This document shows, in pieces, positions 32,771 to 46,232 of a DNA stretch of 64,000 bases. The number at the start of each line of letters is the position of its first letter. The first letter of the stretch is position 1. The notes beneath the pieces were generated by a model. It was not told the DNA's origin. It made no database searches and saw nothing but the letters and a program-made list of their open reading frames with translations. Made by a program: the position numbers and the translations under genes. The stretch spans positions 52,452,001 through 52,516,000 of the forward strand of contig CM060732.1 of NCBI GenBank assembly GCA_030704615.1, in the 5' to 3' direction. Source of the DNA: Takakia lepidozioides (taxonomy: Eukaryota; Plantae; Bryophyta).

Positions 32771-35700
32771 ATGACTTTTAAACGTCGAATCATTATGGAT
32801 AACATCAGCAGATCTCAAGAATTTCCTGCAAACCAACCTACCCAATACCAATTCACAAATTCTGTTCAAGGGGAAAATTCAGCAGTTCTTCCTCAAGCAA
32901 CAAAAACATTATTCAATTTCACCCCTCACCAAAATCTCATGGGGGGCATACATGGAAGACTATCCTGGACTTAGTGTCAAACCTTCAACCCACATTCTAG
33001 CTCTCATGGAGGATGCAGAAATTTATGCCTCGCCTCCACCGACAGAGGCTATCTGGATTTCTGAGGACCTGCTCTCAGCCCCCAGAGGGAGTCACAGTTT
33101 GCAAATTCGAAACCAGGATACCCTGATAAATGGGTTTCAGTTGCTGGGAGCCCACTTGGACTCTGAAGTGGATGGGGAAAATTACAGAATAGATCGGTTC
33201 AAAGGACAAGAGATCATATTAATGGCACCAGACGGACAGATCACTCTCACTCTTCCTCAGACTCCCAGGTGGAATCTTCAACGCAAGAGGAGAATCACAA
33301 CATGATGGACTCGGTGAAAGGAGCTAAACAAGTATCCTCCCCAACAATCATTGACACAACCCAGGCTAACTCGATGCCGAACTCTCAAGTGACTTCTCCA
33401 CCCAAGGTCTTAACTCCCTCCTCCCCACCTTCCCCAAACAAGGTACCATCCTCTCTCTCACCCTGTTTCATTTATCAGGTCTTATCTGGGAACCCTGCTA
33501 GATGCTGGATGTTATGCAAGAAAGAGAAATATGTGGGGGGGAAGCAGGTCAGACATAGGCTACCAGTGTTTGATTTGCCAGAAAACATGCCCTCTGGAAC
33601 TCTTCCCTCCGATGGCTCAATCAGTGAGAGATACCCGGGTTTTAACGATCTTTTCAACGCGATGTTCTTCCCGACTGAAGCCTCGGTTTTATCTGTAACC
33701 ATCTCCACAGTGTCTACAGAACAATTCCTTTCATCCCATGACCTACCCAAAAACACAAAACCAAGAGGGGTTTTCATACTCATCCAAAACAAAACTCGCA
33801 AGCCCCCGGACAATTATGTCTGGAAAAATGCCCTGCGACCAAGAGACAGTAGGGTTAAATTTTTCCATCACACTTCTAGGCTATCAAATGAGACTGTCAG
33901 CCTCAGCCTACCTCGACCTGCCAATGATCTTTAACCTCCATTCATGGAACATAAGAGGGTTGGGAGCAAACCCAGCTTCTCTAAAAGGCTGAAAATCAAA
34001 ACCTGGCTGACTCCCTTCCTTGCAAATCATTCCATCATATTCCTGCAGGAGCATAAACTAGATCAAGGGAAAATAGATAGCCTCACTGATTATCTATGGC
34101 CATTAGCTAACTCCTTATGGAAACCCACCTCCACGGGTACGAAAGGAGGTACTGCAATACTTCTTTCACCTACCATTCAACCGTTCCTCACAACGCAGGA
34201 CACCTGGCTCCCCGGAAGATTGCAATTTTGTGCCTTATCCCTACCCAATTCAACAGGTCCGATTGGGTTGGTGAATATCTATGCACCCAATGATTCTACT
34301 GACAGAGCAGAATTTTGGAACACTCTCAACACAAAAATGAGGGAACAACCTTCAATAGATAGTTGGATATTGTCTGGAGATTTTAATATGGTGGAGATGC
34401 AAGAGGATAGAAGAGGCGCGGGGTTATTTACCTCAAACCCAGATGAAATGGACCAGTGGTTCAACTGCATGCAAACACACAACCTCACAGAAGCAGTACC
34501 AATCTTTGGACAATCATCAAACATCACCTTTACCTGGTCCAATAACCGTTTTCTAGCAGATCTAAGTATGGCTCATCTTGATAGAGCTTACCTTTCCCTT
34601 CACTTAGTTCAATATGCTAAGAGAGCCCCTCAAGAACCAATACCCTTATGATTTGACCATGCACCAATTTACCCTCTCTATAACCCTACCAGACTCTTAC
34701 AGAAGGGGTAGAGGCCTTTACAAAATAAATAACCTCATCCTTAAGCTGCCAAGCTTCAAGCAAGGCCTGCTAAGGGCTTGGACTCAGGCGGGAAGTGACC
34801 TCCTGGACCCTACGCATCTCTTCCTGGCCAAGCTGAAGGCTGTCAATAATTGAAAGTCAGAGGATGAGTCAGGAACTAGCAAGCATCAGGAAGAGGAAGG
34901 TCATAGCCTTAAACAAATGCCTCAAAGTTTGTCAATCGAAAATAGAATCCACTCGCTGTGATGAAGACACATACCGTACATATGTCCAGGCTAGAAACAA
35001 CCTGGACATTCATCACAAGACCCAAGAGAGGAAATGGAAGCGTGTGTCAACGGGTCCACAAAAGGAGAAAAAATGAATAAATATTTTTTCGACAAAACAA
35101 GATTGAGACGTGCCTCTCAAAAAATTTCTGAGCTCATTGAACAGCCATCAGGCACTTCAACTTCTACACCAAAGGCCATGGCCATGCTGGTTGGCAAGCA
35201 CTTCCATAATCTTTTTCATAGTGACCTCAACTCCCTGCAACCAACAGAAGAACAAACATCCTGTTTGATACACACCCCTACCCTGTTGTCCCAACAATTC
35301 GCCTCCCAATTAGAAGGAGAGTTCACAGATATAGAGCTGGGTGAAGCATTATTGAAACTACAGAACAACAAATCCCCAGGCATAGACGGTTTATCGGTAG
35401 AATTTTACAAAGCATTGTGGCCGGAAATCTCCAGGGATTTCACTACAATGGCAAACCACGTGTTTCAACGGGGACACATGCCCACAATTATGACACAATG
35501 AGTTATAACCTTACTCTATAAAAAGGGTGATAGAACAAACATATCGAATTATCGGCCCATAACCCTCCTCAATGTAGCTTACAAGATAGTGGCGAAGGCA
35601 CTAGCCCTTAGATTGCAGCCTCTGCTTCCAACTATAATTAGGCCAAATCAAACAGGGTTTATCAAGGGTAGATACATATTGGATAACCTCCTTCTAGCCC

Positions 35701-38690
35701 AGGAAATTCCAGACTTCGCGGCTAGAACAGACCAAGCTATTGCCCTCCTCCTTTTAGACTTTGAGAAGGCTTTCGATCGTGTTGAATGGTCATACCTGCT
35801 GGCAGCCCTGGCCAAATTGGGTTTTCCCCAATCCTTTTGCAAATGGGTCAGGATATTACTCACCGATGCATCTAGCAGAGTCTCAATCAATGGCCATTTA
35901 TCAGCTTCGTTCCCTCTGCAACGCTCAGTGAGGCAAGGGTGCCCCCTCTCACCTTTCATATTTCTGGTGGTAGCAGATACACTTGGCTATATGCTACAGC
36001 AAAATCAGTTTATAAAGGGCCTCAGGGTCACTAACTACATTACTAGGCAGTACAATTTCTTGGTGGACTCTATGTTCGTTGATGATACCTTTTTAATGTT
36101 GCAAGCCACCCCGGAAAACTTGGACCAGGCAGGGTTTACCTTGAACAAGTTTTGTGCAACATCTGGATTCAAAGTAAACTGGAATAAGACTTCAGGTTTA
36201 CTGGTAGGGGACCTCTCAAAATCCACAATGGGATCCCCGCCCTCATGGGGAATGGATCAAGGGCTAAGGTGGCTCAAACTTGGGGAGACCACAACACTAC
36301 TAGGCTACACATATGGAATTGGTCTGACAGACCAGCAGATTTTTGCTGCCACAATGACCAACTTGAAGAGGAAACTGACTTACTGGGGTTCAAAACATCT
36401 CTCAATTACGGGAAGAGCCCTTGTTGCTAATCAGATTCATTCAGCTGGATTATGGTATTATGCTTCTTCCTGGCGCCCAAGCTCTAAATAGATTCAGGAC
36501 ATCAAGCGCCTGCTTAGGAACTTTGTTTGGGGAGCGAAGACCTCATCCTAAAACAAACGACTGCTTGTAGTCTGGGCCCAAATCTGTTTACCCAAAAAAA
36601 AGGGGGGGTTAGGGATACTCGATCCAGAAACACAGATTGTAGCTCTTCTTGGCAAATGGATACCCAGGTTTCTAGGGCCAGAGGGGGGATGGTGGAAATT
36701 CTTGGTCTATGACCACATTACAAAGTCCTCCCCTCTCAAGACTACCCGATGGAGCCCCTCCCTTTGTTGGCTCACTCAAGGATTTAATCTGAAGACAGTG
36801 GGGTCTGCTCTATGGTCTAACATCTGGTCAGCCTGGGGGCGGCTAAGGAAACTGCTTGTAAAAGCCCAGCCAAGTATCTTCTATGAAGTTAAGAGACAAC
36901 ACTTGTTTCTAAATGACACTCCTCTGACCCCTTCTCAGAAAAACCAGGCAAAAAGGTGGTCCAAACGGGACTGCCTTAGCATTAGACAAATTCATAACAT
37001 ATGGTCAGGGATTGGTTTCATATTTCTACAATCTATGGCTCAGGCTGTAGGCCTCGCAAGGGCCACAAAAGGCCTCCAACAACTTGTTCAATCTGTACCA
37101 GTGCAGTGGTTGGCCACCCTTTCCGCAGGCCCTCCGGAACCAATCCCAAAATCCTGGGCACTCATCATACTTCACAACCAGCTTACCATTGTTTTTGTAG
37201 ATGACATATCCATAAATGACATAGCTGTTTTCACATTCGCCATCAACACCACCTCCCTAAGACTCACACTTACCTCTACAGAACCTTTGACAATCCAAAC
37301 TATGCCTCTCACCCCTATCTGGGTCTACTGCTGGACAGCCATAGATAAGGGTATGAATCCCCAGCCACCCCTCACTATCACCACTAGAGCTTGGCTAACA
37401 ACCAACTCCTTTGTATGGATTTTGGGTAGGCCACAGGTAGAATTGGATATTGACCCCTTCGAATGGTTATGGAAATTCAACACCACCCCATAACCCTTCT
37501 TTGCATACACAACCAAAAAGGGTTACAAAGCCCTGTTAGTCACCCAACCCATGAACAAGAAATGGGAATCAAAATGGGGGCTCTACAACTTCCGCGATGA
37601 GAATTGGAAAATCATTTGGGGCTCAGTGTGGATCAAAACCCGGCCATCAAAGATTGCAGCTTTCCTTTGGCAGGTTGTTAATAGAGTTCTCAAAGTGGGG
37701 GAATGCCTACAGTTCCAGGGAGCCCTCTTGTGTGCTTGCTGTTCCACTGCAGTATTGGAATCCATTGAACATTGCCTTCTCTCATGTCAAGCATCAGCCA
37801 AAATCTGGCCTTATGTTAAGTCATTCTATAGATATTGGGACAGAAGACAGCTCACGGATACATACCTCTTTCTTAACTATGACCCAGCTTCCTATAATAG
37901 AACCCTAAATTGCCCAGTGTTTGAAACCCTCAGAGCCTCTACGATGTGGCACTTATGGAAACTACGTTGTAAGAACACTTTCCAAGGCCACACAACAACA
38001 ACATCCTCTCTCCTTGCCATTGTATTTTGGGACTTACAAACTGAGGCTAGGAAAGCATGGGGCAAACTCTATGCAGACATTGAACGTGACGCCACGAATG
38101 TAGCTGCGCTCCACAGGAAGTTTCAACAAACCTGGGGCAGACAGGGCCTCATATGCAGCAACCCTGTGCAAGACCAATGCAACTGGAACGAGCTCCCCCC
38201 TCAAGCTTGGCGAGATCTTCGTGCACCACTCCACTCTTTCCCCGGAGTTTGAACGAGACATTAACTGGAAACATCAAAAACCTTCATCGACTGCTTCTAA
38301 GCTGCACTATAGATAGATCTCTCTCTCAGCCCCCCCTTATTCAAAGATCTTCTTACTCTCTCCCGACATCGCTCTCCCTGCGTCATCGTAGACAGGGTAG
38401 GGTATGTGTTGTTAAGATTTAGGTCTCGGGCAGAGAGCCCTGTTTTTTGGTCTCTTGGACTTTCCTCCAACCGGAGGTGTTTGGCTCCTGGATCTAGGAT
38501 CTTTGTGTAAGTGTCCATTAGTAGTGGCACGGTATTTTGTTCTCTAGACTTAATCTCCATCAGGAGATGATTGGCTCTTAATACACTGAATACGGTGTGT
38601 GTGCCTTATGGCGACAACGGGGGTTTTAATTATTTTCCCCTCAATAATTATCAATAAAGTAACCAGGGATTCAATAAAAAAATAAAAAAT
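32771..38690 (+). mobile_element. Near full-length decayed L1-clade LINE (ORF1 remnant; ORF2 with APE endonuclease, RT and zf-RVT)
   Basis: SWNIRGL, FLQEHK, NIYAPN, GDFN, LDRAY; KSPGIDG, YRPITLLN, QTGFIKGR, LDFEKAFDRV, RQGCPLSP, FVDD; CACC..ESIEHCLLSC. ORF2 ends at 38252 and an A-rich tail lies at about 38673-38689. Boundaries are approximate. Confidence 0.93.
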
Positions 38691-39084
38691 GTTTAATACC
38701 ATACCAGTCAGATTTTCACTTTGATACCCTACCATATACCATACCAGGCTTTAAATTTATACATCATTTGATACCAGTACCATACTGGTTTCAATAATTC
38801 AACTGTACCCCAATACATTTACCCTAGTGGTATCAAAAAACCACGATACCAGTCCAACACTGGTCCTGTCCTACCATTGCAATGTCGGGTCATAGTCGGG
38901 GCTCTCTCAGAAGACGGACTGACGTGGGCTTGCCCGTGTGCAGTGGGAGGCATGGATGTGGAGAAGTCCTGTAAATGTTGGCATTGTGGAAAAGACCTCG
39001 ATATCACCTTTGCTTTCATTACATCCCAACATTGATATTTGTGGTGAGGCCTTTCCTTTACCTGGGACTGCACATGTTGAAGTG

Positions 39085-39785
39085 GGAGATGTGGGTGAGG
39101 GGAGGATGATATGTTTGGCATGGAGGGGTATGAGGGAGACTCTGCTGATGAGTTGGATTGGGAGAACCAGTCGGTTGATAGTGATGAGGAGTCTGAATTG
39201 AATCCTTCCTTTGTAGAAAGCTCCTTTGCTCCTACAAAATGGGAGTGCAAAGACACAACATTTTGTTCTCAATAGACTTGTTTTCTCAGGACCAACACCC
39301 GGGCCATGTTTGCCTAACATGGAAGTCGACAACGTCACTGGTTTCTTTTATTTGTTTGCCGAGATGGCGCAATGGTGCTCGATGGATGGTCCCTACTTCC
39401 CCTGCACTAAAACATTATGAGGAAAATACGAGGGGCGTGGATGTGCAGGATCAATTGAGAGGGTATTATAGTGTGCAAATCAGAGACCACAAATGGTGGC
39501 ACATGCTTTTTTTCCATGAAGTGGACACCACAATATATATATATATATATTTGTTGTATGGTGTTTGGATGAATGCCAAAGGGAAGCCCAGATCTCACTT
39601 GCTTTTCAATTTGGAAGTTGCCATGGGTCTAATTGCAGGGACGTGGGCTGACCTCCCAGGCGAACAGTTGGTGAAGTGACACCTATTCCAAATGATCTCG
39701 AGGCACTTCACTTCTCCCAAAAATCATCTAGGAGGAGGAAATGTGTTTAGTGTGGGGCAAAACAAAGGTATTTTTGCGTTCAGTA
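39085..39785 (+). mobile_element. Internally deleted piggyBac-like transposase remnant
   Basis: Acidic N-terminus, FSGPTPGP..GFFYLF, then HYEENTRGVDVQDQLRGYY...KWWHMLFF (piggyBac YN..MGGVD..DQ / KWW pattern) and a Cys-rich tail RRRKCV*CGAKQRYFC. Confidence 0.75.
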
Positions 39786-40359
39786 TGAGACAAACGAGGG
39801 TAGCTACCGTGTGAGCAGCTCACGTGAGCAAGCTCACGTGAGCACACTAATCGTGAGCAGAATCCTTAAGCGTGAGCAGATTAGCGAAGCAGAGCCTACA
39901 GCCGACGTACTATAGGGCCTATTGCCGTGGACGCAAACTGTTCTGAATGCAAATTCACGTAGGCGGCTAGGGACCACTCCATGTTGTGCTCCATGCATGC
40001 AATGTGGGATGAATATGTCATAAAAAACGGACGGATGAAAGAGGCATGGATGAATGAAAGAAGGTGATGGATGAATGATGGATGAATGTGAGTCCTGAAG
40101 AGTGGAGGATGCATGGACTGAAATAAAATTGATTGTACGGCAAACACGGCATTGACGACAAATTCTATACCCGGGAAAACACAGGGAACCCGTAACTACA
40201 AACACTGATCCCGCAACCCAAATTTCAAACCCCCATGGAAAACCGTAAACCGACAACCCATGCCCGCAATGATGAACCCAAACCCCAAACCTCAAACCCC
40301 AAAGGAGAAACGGAAGCCACAAACCCGGAACGGTAACCCTAATTCAAACGACACATGGG

Positions 40360-41000
40360 AATCCAACCCAAAAACCAATTAAAACATTTAAAATTAAAAC
40401 AAACCTAAGCAAACAGCCATGTTCTACCATTGAAACACGCTGGGCATTAAGGTGGCGTCATTTGCAGCCCTCACAAGGAACGTGACAATTCAACCCAAAA
40501 ACCAAAAATTAAAAATTAAAATAAAATAAAAGCCTTGGCGAGGAGCCATGTTCATAGAGGGAAACAGGCTCGGCATTATGGTAGCGTCAACGCCACCTTA
40601 ATTCCCAGCCCCCGTTAGAGCTTAATTCTAGCCCAGAAGACTTAAGGTGTCGTCAATGACACCTTAATTCCCAGCCCCAGTTGGAACATGACAATTCATC
40701 CCAAAACCAATAAAAACAATAAAAACAAAATAAAAGCCTTGGGGAGGAGCCATGTTCGTAGAAGGAAACAGGCTCAACATTAAGGTGGTGTCAATGACAC
40801 CTTAAATCCCAGCCCTTGTTGGAACATGACCCCAAAAACAATAAAAACAATAAAAACAAAATAAAAGCTTTGGCGAGCTGGCCATGTTCGTGAAGGAAAC
40901 AGGCTCGGCATTAAGGTGGCGTCAACGCCACCTTAATTCCCAGCCCTTGTTAGAGCTTAATTCCAGCCCAGAAGACCAACCAGATTAAGGTGTAGTCAAT
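40360..41000. repeat. Degenerate tandem repeat with a recurrent 26-bp palindrome TTAAGGTG[G/T]CGT-CA-A[C/T]G[C/A]CACCTTAA
   Basis: Copies at 40576, 40642, 40780 and 40911; half-sites at 40447 and 40985. Confidence 0.85.
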
Positions 41001-41205
41001 TCCTCCCCCCGTTTCTTTTGTCAAAAAAAAGAAAAAAAGAAAAGAAAAAGAACTTTGTAGAGAGGGTGCCGGTGAGAGTGATATATGAAGAACATGAAGA
41101 GGAAGAAGCCCTAAAAGTGCAGGGGGTAGGAAGGCGGCCGAGGATGTAAGCTAAGTTAAATTACGTTGTAGGGATCGTTGATCGTTGCGAGCGTGCTAGC
41201 CATCC

Positions 41206-43742
41206 ATGGCAGCCATGGCGCTGCAACGCTTGCTGCTTGTGGTAGCCATCATAGCCCTACTGGGTCTCACCAGGGCAGCAGACACGGCGTTTATGGTAGT
41301 GCACAAGAAGGCGAATATCCAGAAAGTGAAGGCTGCTGAGCGTGTTACTGTCACCATCGCGCTTCACAACGCCGGATCTTCGTCAGTCTCTCCCCTTCTC
41401 TCGTTTTTCCGTAAATGTGTGATCAGGCTTGAGCACCCAGTTAAACATCTGAGTGGGAGTGGGTGTTTGAGCAATAGTAGAGTGCATGGGGTTGGAGGTT
41501 ACAACACAGGGATGTCATAAAATTCAGAGGCATGTAATTGGAAAATGTTTAGTTGTACGTGCCCGTCTGCAACCTTTGTTGCAATTTCGTGGCTAGATTT
41601 TGTGCCCAGAACTTTAATGAGCAAGTGTAAGTTTAGTGCATTGAAGATGTCGTTTTGGATTGTATACACACAAAAGAAGAGGGAAATATGGGTACTTAGA
41701 GCGATCTGTAGTTTAAGGTCACACCTTTGTTTACAGATCACTCTACCTAGCTGTCGCTGCGTCTCGTTTATGTGTGCTCACTCCTTAACCACGATTCCAC
41801 CTGGCCTCTTCAATGCACGAAACTTATACTCGCAGCTCGGGGAAAAGCATGAAGGGACCGAAATCTCGTTACTACTCTTGTCTTCGACTTTATTTTCCCA
41901 GTCTTGCCTTTGTCACCTTACGGTTTGAATGGCTATTTGGTTGGAGTTATCTCCAGTTCATTTGCTAAATGTTTCTGGACTGTACGTCCTACTGTTTGGC
42001 ACTTTATGGAAGTAATACAGTTTGTGACTGTCTATATGAAAAATTAGGGTACTCTCATTGGCACTGATTGATGTGAGGCACCCAGTCTCCGGGTCAGGGA
42101 TTGAAGCACACTGAGGGTGACAAAATTGATAACTTTGGCTCCCTTCAATTCATTCACTAAAGCACTTGATGTTATCTCTTCCAGCAACCATATCTCCCCA
42201 TGTAGTTTAGAAACGATTCTCCTCGTGTAGTTTAGAAAATTCTCTCAGATAGGCCACCACATTGTCCAGCCTCTCAATATCAACAACAATTGCAGAAAAC
42301 ATGCTTACTCCAAGTCCAGGAGGCTGTGAACCAATCCATCTGGGTCGGGTAAAAAATGGCAAGATTGCACATACTTAGTTGTGCTCAGGACAGATGTGTT
42401 ACTACTATCCCTGGTGTAGGAACTTGTGGGGTATTGCTGCATGTTTGGGAATCACCCATGGATCCATGGACATTCTCTGGGACAGTCTCCATATGATGAT
42501 GCCTACACACTCCACAGTACCCTTCTGTTTAGGCACAGGAGTGTCTGGTCATGTGACCATGTTGGGTTTTGGCAGCACGGCATATGATGTGAGCTTGACT
42601 GATGATACTTGGCCATCTGCACGCTTCAACCTGGTCTCTGGCAACTTCTCCAACTCATGGGACAAGCTTGAGGCGTGAGTGCAATCAATTTTACATGTAG
42701 TTGTATTTGGGCTCCTTGTTCAATCAAGAGAAGCCAGTTGCTGTGTGGACATGAAGGTAGTGCAATGTGATGTCAGAATGTGCAAGTGCAGGTGGATTGG
42801 ATTAATTAGAAGGACTAAAGTTTAGCTGTTTTTCCAACATAGTTGACTAAGCGCCTTCAGAATTCATGAGAACATAACCAGGCAAATCTGACTGAAGAAG
42901 TTGGAATACAGGGGTGGATCACTGGCACATTCTTTTGTGGTGGAGTCAAGGACGAAAGGACCTTTCTTTGGAGCCCCAGCTGTTGTGAAGTACCGAGTAG
43001 CTGCTAAGTCAGCACTGCAGGTGGGTGCTCCTTCCTTCATGTTGGTGGATGCAGTACTCACTAAGCCCCTGGAGACATAAAACTATTAGTTCTAACTCAA
43101 ATTTGTGTGTGTGGCAGGAGGCATTCTCAACACCCCTTCCTGAACTTGACATTCTTTCGGATAAGCCAGCTGAGAAGAAGTATGACTCGGTAAGGACTTC
43201 TTGTAAAAATACCAGACAGTAGAAGTGTTTCAGTGGATGTGATTGGATAAAGAAAATGAGATTTGTAGGAGGTTTTGTTCTACTCTGTGTTGACGGAGAC
43301 CATGCTGACAATTTGGTTGGTGGTGGGTGGTTGGGTTGGCATGTGCGGTGGGCATGCTGCAGTTGAAGGTGAGAGCTCATTAGTTGCTTATCCTCTTGGT
43401 ATCTAAGTACAGGCTTTCTCATGCATGTTGCATTGTTACTAGACTATACAGAAAAGGGAAGCTGACCAGGGACTCAGCCTGATGATTCTCATGACCCCAC
43501 GTATCACTTCATCAGTATTTGTCTGGCATTTCACCTCAATCATGGGCGTGATTTTCTGAGCACTTCATGGAGGTATGAAGGTATGAAGCTAAGACAGGGA
43601 AGGTGGAATGGTGGGAATGCAGAGATTTGCGGTGAAATATGGGCCGCTTATGATAGTGCTCTCGATTGTAGGGCTCTTCACCTACGTGCTAATCAGCCCA
43701 GCTAAGTCGAGAAAGTTTTCCAGAGCTAAGAAACGCAGATAG
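41206..43742 (+). CDS. SSR2: Translocon-associated protein subunit beta (TRAP-beta); exons 41206-41381, 42576-42674, 42912-43020, 43118-43189, 43623-43742
   Basis: Signal peptide, FMVVHKK, ERVTVTIALHNAGSSTAYDVSLTDDTW, PAVVKYRV, EAFSTP, DILSDKP, C-terminal TM and basic tail. All splice junctions are GT-AG and in phase. Confidence 0.9.
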
Positions 43743-44645
43743 TTGATTGCGGCTTTTTGTTGCGAAACAGTGCGGGGAGTTGTTGCTTAGTGGTGGCTTC
43801 TCTTCGATCTTTATCAGGACAATTTTGTCGGAGATAAACCCCACTGTACTTGAGGACTTGAGAAGCTTTGTGGAGCTGATTTGCCTGCTTACTGTGGCTT
43901 CTGCATGGAAATTTGGTAGTTGCATGTAGTTGTGGACATGAAAGTACTGTTATATTCACAGTATGGAAGAACTGCCAGAGGATCTTTCAAGAGCTTTTAA
44001 CAAACGCATTTATACTTACCCCAGATAGTTTGTGGTTTTGTATTCGCAACAGTCCATTTCCCCTTTCTGTGTTGTTCAACTTTAGGCTTGTTGTATCTTA
44101 GATATGTCATTGGGCACATTGGCTGACATAATGTGTGTTGCAGATTGAGAAATTTATTTTTGACAATGGTTTAAATAAATTATACCACAGATGTCTGCAT
44201 GTAATTTTCATGAGGAAGAGATTTAGATTGAGTTACACTCCAAAATGCAGGTGTGATGTGGAAGATAGACTGTTTGTTATGAAAGTGTTGATGGGTTACA
44301 GGCCTCTGTTACAAACCGTGAATGCTGAAACTCTCAGAATCAGAGAGCTTCCACCATGATCTTCACCTAAAGGTCTCAGGGAGAACAGAATTGACAAGCT
44401 GCCGGCTCTTTGTTAAACATTATAGAAGCAACGGCATGCCTACAGTATTGTGTATTGTTGGATACAATCTCATCTTTGGCACAGCAATGCACCTTTGACA
44501 CAATCACTGTTCAGATATCTGTCAAGCATTGGCTAAAGGCTCAATTCAGCATTCAAGCACCAGCACACTGATCCCATCTAGCTCATAAGAGAAATCTTCT
44601 AATCCTGGCTATCAAGGATTCAAGGGCTAGAACCTTCACAATGTT

Positions 44646-46232
44646 CTACTCAATTTTATACACCTCTGGTATCTCCACTGGGAATTCATCAATGCAGTGA
44701 GCCCAGGCTGACTGCTTTGAAGGCTTGATTGTGCGGAGTGCTTGCCACACAGCACTATTGCACTTGAACCCACTTCCAAAAGCAATTTGCCAGACTCTGT
44801 CACCTTCGCGCATCCGTCCTTTAGCTTCCGTATATGCCAACTCGTACCAAATTGACGACGAGGAAGTATTGCCAAACCTGTACAGAGTCATGCGAGAAGG
44901 TTCGCAATGCTCTGTGGTCAGCTGCAAGTTCTTCTGCAGTTCGTCAATGACTGCTCGTCCTCCAGCATGAATGCAAAAATGGTCAAATGCAAGCTTGAAA
45001 TCGGGAATGTAAGGCTTAATCTTCATGTTTAACACTTTCCTGGCAAAAAGGAATGCGAAAAACAAAATTTGTTCTGAAAGAGGAAGGACAAGAGGCCCGA
45101 GTGTTGTAATGTTTGTCTTCAAGGCATCCCCAGCAATGGCCATGAGATCCTTGGACAGGACAACTCCCATCACTCCTTTCTCATCTTGCTCCTGGTAGAC
45201 ACAATGGTAGCACTTGTCATCTGCACCTTTATGTGTCCTCACGACATGGTTGAGCTTGTACTTGGATCGTCGCTTGTCCTTACCCATGTTGGACAGAAGA
45301 ATGGCTGCCCCACCAACTCGGAACAGGCAATTGGGGATGAGCATCGAGCGGCGATTCCCGAAGTACCAGTTCTGAGTAATGTTCTCAGTGCTCACTACAA
45401 TTGCATACGTCCCCCCATGAACTTGTAACATATCCTTGGCGAGGTCAACCGAGATGACTCCAGCACTGCATCCCATCCCCCCCAAGTTGTAGGTTCGAAT
45501 GTTTCCCCGCATTTGGAACTTATTCACAATCATGGCCGACAGAGACGGGGTGGGATTGAACAGACTACAATTGACTACAAGCACCCCAATATCCTTGGGC
45601 TTCACCCCTGTTTTCTGGAACAACTCATCCAAGCATCCAAACATGACAGCTTCCGACTCCTCTCGCGCTGCGCTCATGTTGGGACTCGGTGGAATGGTGT
45701 GCATTGCAGGAGGAAAACACGTGTTCTGTCCCAAGCCCGACCGCTCCAAGATCTTCTGCTGAAATTCGGTACTCCTCTCATCAAAGAGCCCTGAAATTCG
45801 GGTCCTCTCTATGAAAAGCTCGTGGGTGACCTTAAGGGCCTCCTGCGGCAAGTAGCAAGCAAAATCCACCAGGTAAACTGGCCTGGGCCTTGACATAACA
45901 TACAATGTGACACCGAACACCAGCAGTGCTGAACATGTCATCACACTGACAAGGTTGAACTGCAGGTTGTCCCACAGCTGCCTCATATCCTCAGGCCCCA
46001 TCCTTTTAACCTCTAGAACAATCGTCATGACCAGCGGGATGAAGAGCAGTGTCAAGAGATGCTTAATCAGATAATGATAGCCCAGTTTCACATACTTCAA
46101 GTTCACTGACTGCAAAAAGTCTGGCAACCGCCGCCGCGCGTTAATCTGCACAGACACCCTCTCCCCCTTGATGCTACTCCTTGCATCAAGGGGAGAACAA
46201 CCCATGGCTCCCCCTTGCCCACCCTTTGCCAT
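44646..46232 (-). CDS. KCS: 3-ketoacyl-CoA synthase (FAE1/KCS very-long-chain fatty acid elongase condensing enzyme)
   Basis: 528-aa intact ORF with [30 protein letters not shown] (catalytic Cys), [21 protein letters not shown] and [13 protein letters not shown]. Confidence 0.97.
   Translation of the reverse strand: MAKGGQGGAMGCSPLDARSSIKGERVSVQINARRRLPDFLQSVNLKYVKLGYHYLIKHLLTLLFIPLVMTIVLEVKRMGPEDMRQLWDNLQFNLVSVMTCSALLVFGVTLYVMSRPRPVYLVDFACYLPQEALKVTHELFIERTRISGLFDERSTEFQQKILERSGLGQNTCFPPAMHTIPPSPNMSAAREESEAVMFGCLDELFQKTGVKPKDIGVLVVNCSLFNPTPSLSAMIVNKFQMRGNIRTYNLGGMGCSAGVISVDLAKDMLQVHGGTYAIVVSTENITQNWYFGNRRSMLIPNCLFRVGGAAILLSNMGKDKRRSKYKLNHVVRTHKGADDKCYHCVYQEQDEKGVMGVVLSKDLMAIAGDALKTNITTLGPLVLPLSEQILFFAFLFARKVLNMKIKPYIPDFKLAFDHFCIHAGGRAVIDELQKNLQLTTEHCEPSRMTLYRFGNTSSSSIWYELAYTEAKGRMREGDRVWQIAFGSGFKCNSAVWQALRTIKPSKQSAWAHCIDEFPVEIPEVYKIE

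Noticed and set aside
32060-38827. hAT-like element with TAGGGTAA termini enclosing the LINE
   Set aside because: The inverted match is short and there is no 8-bp TSD; possible but unsupported.
40447-40936. CRISPR array
   Set aside because: The spacers are themselves repeated and irregular, the context is eukaryotic, and there are no cas genes.
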